From Paraphysomonas bandaiensis (lineage: Eukaryota; Protista; Chrysophyceae): DNA of 64,000 nt. The DNA is taken from NCBI GenBank assembly GCA_965644295.1, contig CBFFRP010000358.1, forward strand, positions 170,064-234,063. Reading direction: 5' to 3'. The position numbers and the translations under genes were made by a program. The notes below the pieces were generated by a model. The model made no database searches, was not told the DNA's origin, and was given only the letters and a program-made list of their open reading frames with translations. Shown here piece after piece: positions 52,693 to 63,558 of the stretch. Positions within the stretch are counted from its first letter, which is position 1. Each line of letters starts with the position of its first letter.

Positions 52693-54045
52693 ATGATATA
52701 CACATTGATTGCACACTCCCTGGTATGGCCAATTCGTGCTGTAACGCCGTTGATGTTCATCATGTGTCCACTGCTGTCTGCGGAGGCGTTTGTTCGGTCT
52801 CGCTCCCGCTCATGGGGCCGTTACATACTCATTGGGTACAGTGCCCTGGAAATAATATTTTATATGTGGTTCCGTAGATCACTAAAGCGTGCGCAGAAAC
52901 GTCATCCGCCCCCTTATTCACTTCCTTCCAGGCGAGAGGAGCTGTGGGAATCAATGACCTCTGCGCCCCTGAACAACGAGAGCCCTCTAAATTTTTTAAG
53001 AACCTGGACTGCTCCACTTCCATTGGAGAGATGTGGAAAAGGTGCAATGAAGGAGATGCTTTCTGTTTGTTTTTTCAATCAGAAGTACGATGAGGTATCA
53101 GCGAGTGACTCAAAAGAGGTGGATGAATATATTCGTCGCATTGAGGCCATAGAAAATTTTAAGTTTCAGTCAAGTCATCCTTCCGATGCCCCTCCAATAC
53201 ACAACTTAATTGCTGATCCAGTAGTTGCGTATCATCGGCCCTTAGTTTACTATGCTACAACAAGTCTGACTGATTTTATGTCAGACATGTGTATTTACCT
53301 TCATGGCTTCAGACGACATAAAATTGGATGTATGAGCTACTGGGTCAAGCAATGTGATGTTCCTCCGAATGAACAACTTCCACCATATGTTTTTGTTCAT
53401 GGGGTTGGCATAGGTCTCGCTACGTACCTTCCTTTTCTCTTGCAGCTTGTACGGCAGAAGCAATCGTCGCATCGTACAATAATGTTGATAGAGCTTCCCC
53501 ATGTGTCGATGAAGTTAAATGTTGAAACTGTTCCGACAATGAAGCAAATCGCTGACTATACTGAAGAAGCCATGACTTTGTTCCGATTGAAACCAGCGGT
53601 TTGGGTTGCTCATTCTCTGGGTACGTTTGTTTTCGCAGCCGTAAATCGACTTAAAAGGCATCTAGTCAACAGTGTCGTACTACTAGATCCCGTTTGCTTT
53701 TTGCTTTATGAAGCAACTACTATGAATAACTTTTGTTATTGTACTCCAACCACACCCATTGAAATCATACAGCAGTATCACATCTGCAAAGAATTAACCA
53801 TCAGTCATTATTTCCACCGACACTTTTGGTGGCAAGAATGCGTTCTTTTTAGTAGAGATATACCACCAAATTGTGTAATTTTTATATCGGAGCTGGACAA
53901 TATATTCGACACAAGTCGTGTTATTGAGTACTTAAATATGGCTGGAAGTGATGTTAGAATATTGCCAGGACAGGGTCATGGTGAATGGCTAATCCATTGG
54001 AAATCAACTGCTCGAATACTTGAAGTGGTGACTTCGATCGCATAA
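52693..54045 (+). CDS. Alpha/beta-hydrolase fold protein with N-terminal hydrophobic segments, intronless
   Basis: PYVFVHGVGIGL (oxyanion region), VAHSLGT (nucleophile elbow), LLDPVCF, GQGHGEW (His); first ATG 52693 within ORF 52633-54045. Confidence 0.8.
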   Translation: MIYTLIAHSLVWPIRAVTPLMFIMCPLLSAEAFVRSRSRSWGRYILIGYSALEIIFYMWFRRSLKRAQKRHPPPYSLPSRREELWESMTSAPLNNESPLNFLRTWTAPLPLERCGKGAMKEMLSVCFFNQKYDEVSASDSKEVDEYIRRIEAIENFKFQSSHPSDAPPIHNLIADPVVAYHRPLVYYATTSLTDFMSDMCIYLHGFRRHKIGCMSYWVKQCDVPPNEQLPPYVFVHGVGIGLATYLPFLLQLVRQKQSSHRTIMLIELPHVSMKLNVETVPTMKQIADYTEEAMTLFRLKPAVWVAHSLGTFVFAAVNRLKRHLVNSVVLLDPVCFLLYEATTMNNFCYCTPTTPIEIIQQYHICKELTISHYFHRHFWWQECVLFSRDIPPNCVIFISELDNIFDTSRVIEYLNMAGSDVRILPGQGHGEWLIHWKSTARILEVVTSIA

Positions 54046-54922
54046 ATGAAGCGTACACATCTTTATACGACGTTTTTTCATCCCACTAATTTGCTTGGGT
54101 TTGGGTTGCATTGATGGTGTTGCATGAGAGAATTGTGTTATGATTTCAACCCTACTATAGATTAGATTAGCTGTAGACGTAGGATTGTCACGAAAGTAAA
54201 GTTGAAACTCAAAAACATAAAGTAGAATACACCACGTATATCATGCAACGTGTGCAGGAATATAAATAAAAAATATTCAGTACAATCGATTAGAATTTAA
54301 TTTATATATTATACTCAAAATTCATATTGTTACTTAGCCATTATATATTAATCTCACCCACATATAAAGTAGACACTTATTTAAGTATGCAGTTCAATAA
54401 ATACCTACGCCTTATATCATACTGGCTCAATAGCGTACCTATATATCCTATCAGAGATTTTACCCCAACACAGAACTTAACGAAATTTCAGTTGCACAGT
54501 ATAATTCAGTAATTTAGATTTTGTTCCTATCGTGACGGAGTATGACAACATTATTACACAACAGCATCTGATAACATAGTTCACATAGTGATTTGCTAGC
54601 AAAGTGTTAGTATTAAATAAAAATACTACAGTAAATCTCTACTAGAACTTGACTTGGTAATCAACGAAAACGTCACTCTATGATATATTACCAGGTCCTT
54701 AAAGGAACATATAAAGCGTATTGCCTTCCAATGATAAGTAGGACTCGATAAACGGCGAATCAAAAAGTTACAGTGATATAAGGTGAACAATTATTAAAAG
54801 TCAGTGCCGAAAACTCCTCCATATATGTGGAATAGAGGATGCAGTGTCAAACAATATTAATGGAAACTGTATATTTATTCCATTTGTACGTGTATATAAT
54901 CGTGATTATGATAATATGATTT

Positions 54923-55351
54923 TCAATTACTTACAACTTGCTGGAAGAGATGCAGATTCTTGCGTATATCTTCAGATGACAAGGGCTGCGTGAAAGATTC
55001 CTGATTGGGCAGGTTATTGTTACTAATATCGAGACTGCTGAGTTGTTCTAACCCTAATAAACTGCGTGGTAAGGTCACGAATTCATTGGCGCTGATATTC
55101 AATGACGTTAAATTTGCCATCGCCTCCACACTCGGAGGGAGACTGTTTAATTTGTTTTTAGATAAGTCCAGAGATTTTACTTTCGTCAAATCTAATGACG
55201 CCAGAGCGTGTTCCAGTCGGCAGATACACGGACCCAAGAGCTTCTCGCACATCATATTCTTACATATGAGATCAGGGCTGCCTGACAGCACTATGTGCTC
55301 AATATGAACACTCTTCTTAGCAACGATATCTCTAATCGACCTCGCGATCAT
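54923..55351 (-). CDS. Small leucine-rich repeat protein (142 aa)
   Basis: Three LxxLxLxxNxL repeats: VKSLDLSKNKLNSLP, LTSLNISANEFVTLP, LSSLDISNNNLP. Confidence 0.8.
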   Translation of the reverse strand: MIARSIRDIVAKKSVHIEHIVLSGSPDLICKNMMCEKLLGPCICRLEHALASLDLTKVKSLDLSKNKLNSLPPSVEAMANLTSLNISANEFVTLPRSLLGLEQLSSLDISNNNLPNQESFTQPLSSEDIRKNLHLFQQVVSN

Positions 55352-55687
55352 AGCCGCTAGCAGCTACTCGTTAAGAAGCTCTGAAGTGGTGCAGGGCAGG
55401 CAGGCTCGGCTCGATTGGAAGCACTGCACATGAGGCCACACAGTACTGCTGTATACACTGCCCATAATACATTCGTAGGTCAGCGCACTGCTGTACAGAG
55501 TACAGGTCGTAGTACAGCATGTACAGGTCGTAGTACAGCAGTGCAGAGGACTTGGAAGTGTGTCTGGATGAAGGCAATACATACTAATGTATGGCATCAC
55601 GTGTAGCAGTTGGGCTCTGCTAACTGTGATTATCTTAGCGTTCGATCTTATTAGTTTAGTATCATCCTCATCTCTGTTGCCACAGTA

Positions 55688-56585
55688 ATGAAAATAGCCA
55701 CCAACTTATCGGCTTCATTGTCGATGTGTTCACGAAAGTTTGGTTGGAATCGTGTTTTAGTGTCTCGCTTCTCGCAGTCGCCCAGCCATCAGCATCAGCC
55801 CTACACCACCACATGGGAAACCCTCCGAGAGATGTATAGAACCGACCCTGAAAGAATACTAACTTACAATGATCCCTTGACGCATCGTATAGACGGTCGA
55901 GTGTTTAAACCTGATCCTGGACTCCTTCCTGTGAATGATCCGCTCTTACTTCCTCAAATTGTTGGGTGGAATTTAGTGAAACCCGATCCTGTAACGGTTC
56001 CAGATTGTCTCGGTAATGGAATTCACTTGGTCGGTCTATCTTTGCGGGGTGGTTTCGACTATACAAAGTCTTGGATCGATCCATGGGAACAGCATTTCAA
56101 GAGTGAATCGCAGGTACATTTCGTGCTGTATATAACGTCAACTGTTTTATAGCACTTTAGCTCAACATTACAGAAATATTCCTTCATGAATACAGCTTTT
56201 TGAAATACTTGAAAGGGACGTTTATTCGAAAGCTTCAAAAAGAGATTCCGCCCCAACATTTCTCCAGAACTATTGTCAGCTTTGGCAATGCACATGTAAA
56301 CTACATTTTTGATATTTTCTGAAGTTGTATTTCATTTTTTGTTATACACTTTAATATTTTAAAGTTTGTGTGTATTATATTTGCCTTAACCACGTGCTAC
56401 TGTTGTAGGAAATTTCAGTTGCATTGCTGCTACCGAGTAAGTACACTGGGTATGTGTATCTCGTTGATAGCCAGAAGAGGGTCCGTTGGAGAGGATGTGG
56501 ACAGGCAAAAAGTGATGAAATTAAAACTCTCATTGAATGTACATCACAACTTCTTCGTGGAACGAGTCATAAGAAATCTAGATGA
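55688..56585 (+). CDS. ATP10: Mitochondrial ATP synthase assembly factor ATP10 (3 exons)
   Basis: Presequence-like N-terminus; KSWIDPW; final exon (from 56410) SKYTGYVYLVDSQKRVRWRGCGQAKSDEIKTL, the ATP10 C-terminal signature. Confidence 0.85.
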
Positions 56586-58010
56586 TATCGAAGTAACTAT
56601 AAAATGTTATTCTGATTTACAATATGGCTATGCGACACTTTAACACCGCATTGGTAACACTAGAGATATCAATGTAGTTAAATACCCTACAGTACAATAA
56701 TATGATTTACGTGCTACAATGAAGAGTAGAATCAAGTTTGACGGTTTAAGTCTAATCATGGCGTTTCTGTGATAATAGTGTTGGTGAACTACGTTATGTA
56801 CATTATATAAGTAGTTAGTAGTAGTTATTTTGTCTACAAAATTGTAACGACTACGGGTGATTGAGCCTCGCTATCATGACTAACATTGCTGGTCTTATCA
56901 TCCCTGTCCATGTGCACAGGTGATGTGGGTAGGATAGTCTTCTCACAACACTCTTCACTTAACTTCCTCTTCTTACTCTTTACTTCGCTACTTCTTAACT
57001 TTCAACTCAACTACGATATCAACTTTCACTATTATAATATCTAAAACTCCATATCCTTCTACCTATATCCCCATAGTTAATTCTAGAAGTGGTTTCCCAG
57101 CCATAAATAGCTAGTTTTCTACTTCCAGAAATAATCATATAGAAATCCCTTAACACCCTGCTAGATCTTTCTCTGCCCTACGATGGCAAATACCGTTCAA
57201 CACAAAGTTTCTCCTTATTAACCAGCTTTAAGCTCAATGTCCCTATTAAGGGTGTGGATGAGTCATGTCAGTGTGCCTAGGGCCTCTTCTCCCTCTCTTC
57301 GGCCACATTTTGCTGATCACCTCGTCTCCGACAAATCTCTTGTTTTACCACGTTGTACACGTTCCAAGCCTCACTGCCTGGCTTTGCGACTTCCACCCAA
57401 CCTAACGGCTTCGGCTAAACCACGTGCCTGCACTAATGCAGCGCTTACCGCATTCATATGCCATCACATCAGTAGACATCATAGTCTCACCTATCGAATT
57501 CTACGGTTACAACCACTCAAAACGTGGCTCGTGCGAGCAGGTCCACGCAAAAGATCCTCTGGTGCTCTCCATATGGTCACAGAATACTCTCGAACCCTCA
57601 CAACTGAGCTACAGGGCTGCCTCCTGATGTCCACACAAAACAACCCAACATGGTTTATCTGTGGTCTATGCATCCAGCAGGTTACCCCCTCATTCTGTTC
57701 ACCTATCACTCCCTCAGCCCATTCCTCTTATTGGACAGACACTGTATTCCGCATACGGTATATTCGGCTACTGTACTACAGTGCCCTACAGGATGTATAC
57801 CACACAAAAACGGTGCTAGCATGCGGAACACCACGTAGCCCCGGACCCCAACAATACCCTACCAACCCACACCCACTCAATCTTGCTGGTTATGAGTATA
57901 TCACCTATGCAAGGCCCCAAAGTTCACGCTTAAGTCTCTTGCGAAACAACACTCGGTTCACATACAGATATACACCAACACTCTTTAGAAGCAACTTCGA
58001 CACAATTTCA

Positions 58011-59781
58011 ATGAAACGTGAAACAAATTCCAACACTTCCAGAACCTTCACCCCGAAGTTTGTTCTTCCCCCCTCCTATCAACCAACCAACATTGATGCG
58101 CAGATCAATAATGCTATCAGAGAACAGAAGAAAGCCAAAGCTGACACTCCCCAGCTACAGCTCCCATCGGTACGCACCTTTCTGGGATGGGAAAATGACC
58201 TACCTGTGGGAGAGTACAAAACACTCGTCCTTACAAACATAAAAGCTGCTGATGATGCCACCTTCCTGGGGATAACACACTACCTTATCCATGAGTTGGG
58301 GTTTCCCATTCAACCCCCTACCCCCCAAGACATCGCTACTTTCAGGGCAGCCAAGGATGCACGAACGTGTTCAGACTTACCTGCTCCCACAGCGAGTAGG
58401 GTAGTCCGAGCGTTCAACCTAGGCAGACCTGGGTACGAAGTCCGACAGGGCATGGGAGCGAATGTTACCGCTGACTCATGTATGTACTCCTCCCCTCTAT
58501 GCTTTGACCTCCATGTAGAAACGGGCACATCAGTCGATGACAAAGGCCTCCTTCGGACCGAACGCCGACATGTTCAGATATCACTTTTCCGAACGCCACG
58601 AGAACTCTTCGTGGGTCGCACCAAGGATGAGCCCTCGCTGATACCAGTGGCGGCTATATATGGGCTACATGCAAACTCAGCGCACACCAGACCTGCACAT
58701 GCCTTTAGGTTACGAAACACGCTGGATATGCTTCTCCGAACGGGAGGTTTCCCCACGCCACCTCTATACGAAGTATTCTGGACTCTAACACACTATAAAA
58801 AGGCAAGACTCGAGCCACTGACAAAACATATAGGTTCTATCAGATTCTATTACTCCACGATCCCATTCACGATCAGGATCTAAGAGCTAAATTCTATAAA
58901 GCACTCTTCAATAATGAAATAGGAGGACATGTCGAAATCAACCTCGGCTCACTCTGTGTTGTAGAATGGTCAGCACTGAAACACCCACGCAAAAGCAGTC
59001 CAACTGGACACCGTCTCAAGAACTCTTCCACATCGCTGTCTGCTCTGAAACACTCCTATCTCCCATCCAAGTCTGGCAAGCCTGTGAGGCCATAGGTATC
59101 CCATCCACGGACATAGAGGACATCATTTGGACCGCCCGCAACCCACTCACAAGCGGGCGCAAAGAAAAAGAACGCTTAGTTGAACAAACCTACATTTACC
59201 TTGACGACAGGAATACCAAGATCAAACTCTGCTGGGAAATCTCACGCACAGGTATCGTGCCTTTACTGCGCAAAGCTCTGGGTGACGAAACTCTAAGGCT
59301 CCTCTATCACACCATAGCAGTCCCCCCTGGCCTCCCTACTCAGCGGTTTCTATACGGCCTCCATGAGGCCCCAGACACAGCAACAAACGCCCCTCCCATA
59401 ATACCGCCTCCAACGTCCCTTCAACCCTTCGGCCCAACTGTTGCTCCACAAATGCAGACCGATACACCGCGATCGTACACTCCCAAACGACAGCGACAGA
59501 TGGACACATCCCCATCAACAGAGCCAGCACCAGCTCCCACCTGCCCAGAGCTCTGCGAAATAGCTCTACACATCGCTTCAGATCTTGTACCTCTGTCAAA
59601 AATCCATGCCATCCTCGCGCAAATGGAAAACGCGGTTGCAGCTCTCTATGAGATCGATGCTGGGGCGACTCTCACGGTACTTGATTACTATAAAAACAAG
59701 GTAGATCACAGTATCCCAGAAAGGTCCTCAGAAGAACACTCTAGGGTGGACTCGGACATCTTTGGCTCCGACTCCAACTGA
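58011..59781 (+). pseudogene. ORF1-like protein of the element, broken by two frameshifts near 58860-58990 (frame open upstream to 57237)
   Basis: ORFs 57237-58883 and 58966-59781 are bridged by a third-frame stretch IHDQDLRAKFYKALFNNEIGGHVEINLGSLCVVEW; no recognisable domain; Pro-rich linker then helical C-terminus. Confidence 0.5.
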
Positions 59782-59928
59782 CGCCTACTGGACTGGGACA
59801 CAACGAACATCAAACGTACACTCATAGAAGTGTCCGCAGCTGCTCACACGTGGTTATCCCCCAGTCCACACTTACATATCCATAGTTGGCCCTCACCTGA
59901 CACAACGACCTTCGCCCGTAGCAACCAC

Positions 59929-62900
59929 ATGCGTCCACCACGTAAACCGCCAGACAAACAGTCGAGATCCACCAGCGTACATCCCACGAAAAGGCACCAA
60001 GGACCGCACTATTCCTGTGATAATAGTGGTGATGGACCACGAAAACGGCCGGCCTCGACACAACGTAAGCGAAACAACCTCCGGCGGCTCAGTCGCAAAC
60101 GAACTCTGCAACAATTTCGTGAAGGAACAATCCAGTCCCTCCCTCCACACATACAACGCCAACAGACACGAAACAAGCTCCGCATCCGTGCCCACAACAA
60201 GCAAGCATGGCGAGAGCATTTACAACACCTGGCACAACAGTGTGTAGACACACACAACATCGTGACCACTCCTATACCTGACACAGCACCCACAGCTGTT
60301 ACAGCACCCCCCCGTCCAGAAGACTCCACACATACTATTTGCCTCCCTCCGCCCACAGTGGAGGACGAACAAGAGAGAACAATCACTGACACAAGTGTAC
60401 TGCCTCAACTATTTGTGCCGCACCCTCTGCCAGCTGCCTTCACGGACCCCGGACTGCAGAATTGGTCCTTCTACTCGCCCAGCGGTCTGTTAGCCATTGC
60501 CATACACGAAGAGGTGGTTCACAGTGTCATGTCCATGCTACAATCGAGGCACGCTTTAGAACGCATAGAACAGCACCTCAGATGTTCGCTTGAGGAGGGG
60601 AAAATGCTGGTTGCACGTCACTACACACACACAGAATACAACAACACACCAATGGAGGGCTTCTGCGGACTAGCTGCTATTGCCGCAATATACCACAAAC
60701 AACCGGAGGAGGACCACTACCCGTATTTAAATCCCGATGATCCAGCCTCGAAAGCAAAACTGCTCCAAGTCATTCAGACAAGCAGGACGGTACTTAGTAC
60801 CTACACGCTCGCTGAAGCCAAGATGCTTAACTTTGCATGCATCCGGAAGAAGCTCCGACAGCAGCTAACAACGTACAACAAAGCACTACGCCGCAAACGA
60901 CCAACTGCTGTCGGAATACCCCCAGAGCAATGGGGCTACACAGACATCATAGCCCTCCTGGCAGAAACCCTGAGTATACGAATTCGTATCTGGCAAGATT
61001 CACCAGTGGACCTTGGCCACAACTGGGCGTACTGGTCTACCCACCATTCCTCCTTCCTTCCACAAACTCAATTCCTTCCATCCTATGATGTGTTTTGCTC
61101 CAACGACCACTTCTTCCTGGACACCAAATACCCGGTGGAGTTGGAACTACACGCGCTACTCGAGAGAATTCCTGACCTCGTCATCATGCGTCTCCAAAAT
61201 GTGTTGCAATATCATTCCAAGGGAATGCAAGGAGTCCATCGTGCCAGGTCCATCAACCATCCCTCCCACGCCCTTCAGGGGAAGGAATTCTCTTCCGATA
61301 ACAGCGGTGACGGACCCAGCAAATCCACCCACACATTACCCTTACCCACTAAGGATGCCACCACACCGTATGCAACTCTATTTGACTATTTCCCAGTCAA
61401 ACGGAGGCCACCTACCACCAACCCTACTCAACTGAACACCATGCGAACTCCAGCATTAGCCCCAGACGGCCCATCCTCACACTCCACTACCACTCTTGAC
61501 ATCAGGCCGGATGCACTGCCCAAGGATATTGCCACACACCCCCGACACTACACAGAGGGCTGGGGTCACACGCCCTTTCACTCCGATCTGCTGAACAACT
61601 GGGTTAGATATGATAAAACCCAAACCATTGCTGCCTCCCCACAGGGAAACCTTTTAAAAGAAATATATGCACACATGCTATCCCCTGCCTGTTCAGACAT
61701 ATGGGAAGGATTCATAGCCAAGGCTTCCAGGACGGACAACTATGATCTCATGATATCATTCACGCTACCAGAGCACAAATTGGACACCACGCACAGCGCC
61801 CTACTAGTTGCCCAGCATCTCGCGAATGGCAACAAACCCTGGGCAGACTCCACTCATGTTGTATCTAGGCATGTGCGGACCCTTTGCCTGACAAAGGGTA
61901 TTCCCTCAACAGCCACTGTTAGTCTCCGTAAGACACTCATGCAATATGAATCCTCGACTCCACACACAGGACTACATCTAGACACGGAGGACTTCCAACT
62001 GCTACTCGATCTTCTCTCCATACCATACAGACTATGGGACGCTGTTCAACCGCACCTGGCGCCTGGTTGGGCACAGCTGTCACCATTCTCCAGACAGGCA
62101 CTAACAGTGCACGCTTCTACCAACAATGTGGTAACCCATGACATCATACGCAGCCAGCATGGGTTTCACATACTCAATGCAACAAATATCCTCACCTGCA
62201 TCATGCACGCTCTAACACGGACTCAGGAGCGGCTATCCTGTTTTCTACAACACCAGACCTCCAGACAGAGCACCAACATCCTCTGGACTTCTGAGCCGTC
62301 AACTGTACCACCTATGCTACATGAGCACAGAGAGCAACAGGAACAGAGGGAAGTAATTGCAGTCTCCTTGTCACCGAGAGCTCGACGTCAACTACGACAG
62401 ATGAACCCCACGGACCGTCGACAACTCAGGCTCCATATGTGCGACATGAGCAGAGTCTATCGCCTCACCCTCAGACCCTCAGCCCTTCGCACACAACAAC
62501 ATATCCCTAGTGATGGGTACTGCGCATACAGCACACTCTATCATCTGCACATTCTTGCTTCAAGCAGGCGACACACTCGCTCCTGTCTGAAATTAGACCT
62601 CAAACAACGCAAGGACCGTCACACGCTAGCATCTTTCATAAATACATTAGGCACCCAAGCGTTCGACACAATGCAACGGGAGTGCATGGCCCATCACACA
62701 CTTCAGCCACTACGACATAAGTTAGATCACGCACAGGCCGCACATTTAATACCTACCAAAACAACATACACTACGGAGGACGACATAACTCACTGGCTCT
62801 CAGTGCGAGAGGTCCACCTTTTAGCCTCTACTATCAACCCCTGCACGACGTGGGCGCAAAATGGTAATTACCTCAGCATTGTAGGCATCCCTACAGACAA

Positions 62901-63558
62901 AGTAGCTTATAACATCGCATGGAAGGTGGACGAACTTAGGGACGCTATTCGTGATAACTACTACCATGTCATACTACAAGATGCTCACTACTTCCTCTTA
63001 GACCCTGCCGGTCTTTCTACTGCCCTAGACAACGCCCTACTATCTCTTGAAAACACCTTGGCCACCAGTATACTCTCAACGGCTGACCCCATCGCTCCAC
63101 CTACACTTCCCGCGGACTCAATCACGAACAACAATAGGACATCAAAGATGACCAGCACCAGAACAACCTCATCAAGCAGCACCAAGTTAGCACGAACAAA
63201 TCGACAGATTCTGCAGGCTTCAACCCCTGGAGCACTACCATCGCACAAGAAGATGCAGTTGAAACACGCCCAAACTGCGTTGACAAGTCGATGCCAGCCA
63301 ACCCGGAAAGCCAAAAAGGTCGTAAATTACGATGAAAGTGACCAACCAACGAACCTTCACAACTCACACCCAACCACGACCACACGAACGATCAGACCAA
63401 CTCCAGCACTAGATACCACCGGCTGGGACAGGACTGGTCAAGAAAGTTCTACATTGCGTACGCCGATAACACTGCCAAAGGACTATCCCTTTATGCGAAG
63501 AACACATTCCCAGCAGACGTCATCATTGCTGAGTACAAAGGCAAACGCTATCCACTAA
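59929..63558 (+). CDS. ORF2 polyprotein with three OTU-like cysteine protease repeats and two DNSGDGP motifs
   Basis: OTU1 TPMEGFCGLAAI..WGYTDIIALLAETLSIRIRIWQ..SNDHFFL; degenerate OTU2 ASPQGNLL..LDTEDFQLLLDLLSIPYRLWD..QHGFHIL; OTU3 IPSDGYCAYSTL..WLSVREVHLLA..QDAHYFLL. Confidence 0.7.
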   Translation: MRPPRKPPDKQSRSTSVHPTKRHQGPHYSCDNSGDGPRKRPASTQRKRNNLRRLSRKRTLQQFREGTIQSLPPHIQRQQTRNKLRIRAHNKQAWREHLQHLAQQCVDTHNIVTTPIPDTAPTAVTAPPRPEDSTHTICLPPPTVEDEQERTITDTSVLPQLFVPHPLPAAFTDPGLQNWSFYSPSGLLAIAIHEEVVHSVMSMLQSRHALERIEQHLRCSLEEGKMLVARHYTHTEYNNTPMEGFCGLAAIAAIYHKQPEEDHYPYLNPDDPASKAKLLQVIQTSRTVLSTYTLAEAKMLNFACIRKKLRQQLTTYNKALRRKRPTAVGIPPEQWGYTDIIALLAETLSIRIRIWQDSPVDLGHNWAYWSTHHSSFLPQTQFLPSYDVFCSNDHFFLDTKYPVELELHALLERIPDLVIMRLQNVLQYHSKGMQGVHRARSINHPSHALQGKEFSSDNSGDGPSKSTHTLPLPTKDATTPYATLFDYFPVKRRPPTTNPTQLNTMRTPALAPDGPSSHSTTTLDIRPDALPKDIATHPRHYTEGWGHTPFHSDLLNNWVRYDKTQTIAASPQGNLLKEIYAHMLSPACSDIWEGFIAKASRTDNYDLMISFTLPEHKLDTTHSALLVAQHLANGNKPWADSTHVVSRHVRTLCLTKGIPSTATVSLRKTLMQYESSTPHTGLHLDTEDFQLLLDLLSIPYRLWDAVQPHLAPGWAQLSPFSRQALTVHASTNNVVTHDIIRSQHGFHILNATNILTCIMHALTRTQERLSCFLQHQTSRQSTNILWTSEPSTVPPMLHEHREQQEQREVIAVSLSPRARRQLRQMNPTDRRQLRLHMCDMSRVYRLTLRPSALRTQQHIPSDGYCAYSTLYHLHILASSRRHTRSCLKLDLKQRKDRHTLASFINTLGTQAFDTMQRECMAHHTLQPLRHKLDHAQAAHLIPTKTTYTTEDDITHWLSVREVHLLASTINPCTTWAQNGNYLSIVGIPTDKVAYNIAWKVDELRDAIRDNYYHVILQDAHYFLLDPAGLSTALDNALLSLENTLATSILSTADPIAPPTLPADSITNNNRTSKMTSTRTTSSSSTKLARTNRQILQASTPGALPSHKKMQLKHAQTALTSRCQPTRKAKKVVNYDESDQPTNLHNSHPTTTTRTIRPTPALDTTGWDRTGQESSTLRTPITLPKDYPFMRRTHSQQTSSLLSTKANAIH

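Noticed and set aside
55500-55540. 21-bp tandem duplication GTACAGGTCGTAGTACAGCA in the LRR/ATP10 promoter
   Set aside because: Only two units; noted as part of the promoter motif enrichment rather than a separate feature.
56850-56945. Possible self-cleaving ribozyme or snRNA target at the 5' end of the large element
   Set aside because: Some pairing potential (CCTGT..ACAGG), but I could not fit an HDV or hammerhead consensus or a U-snRNA/tRNA sequence by eye.
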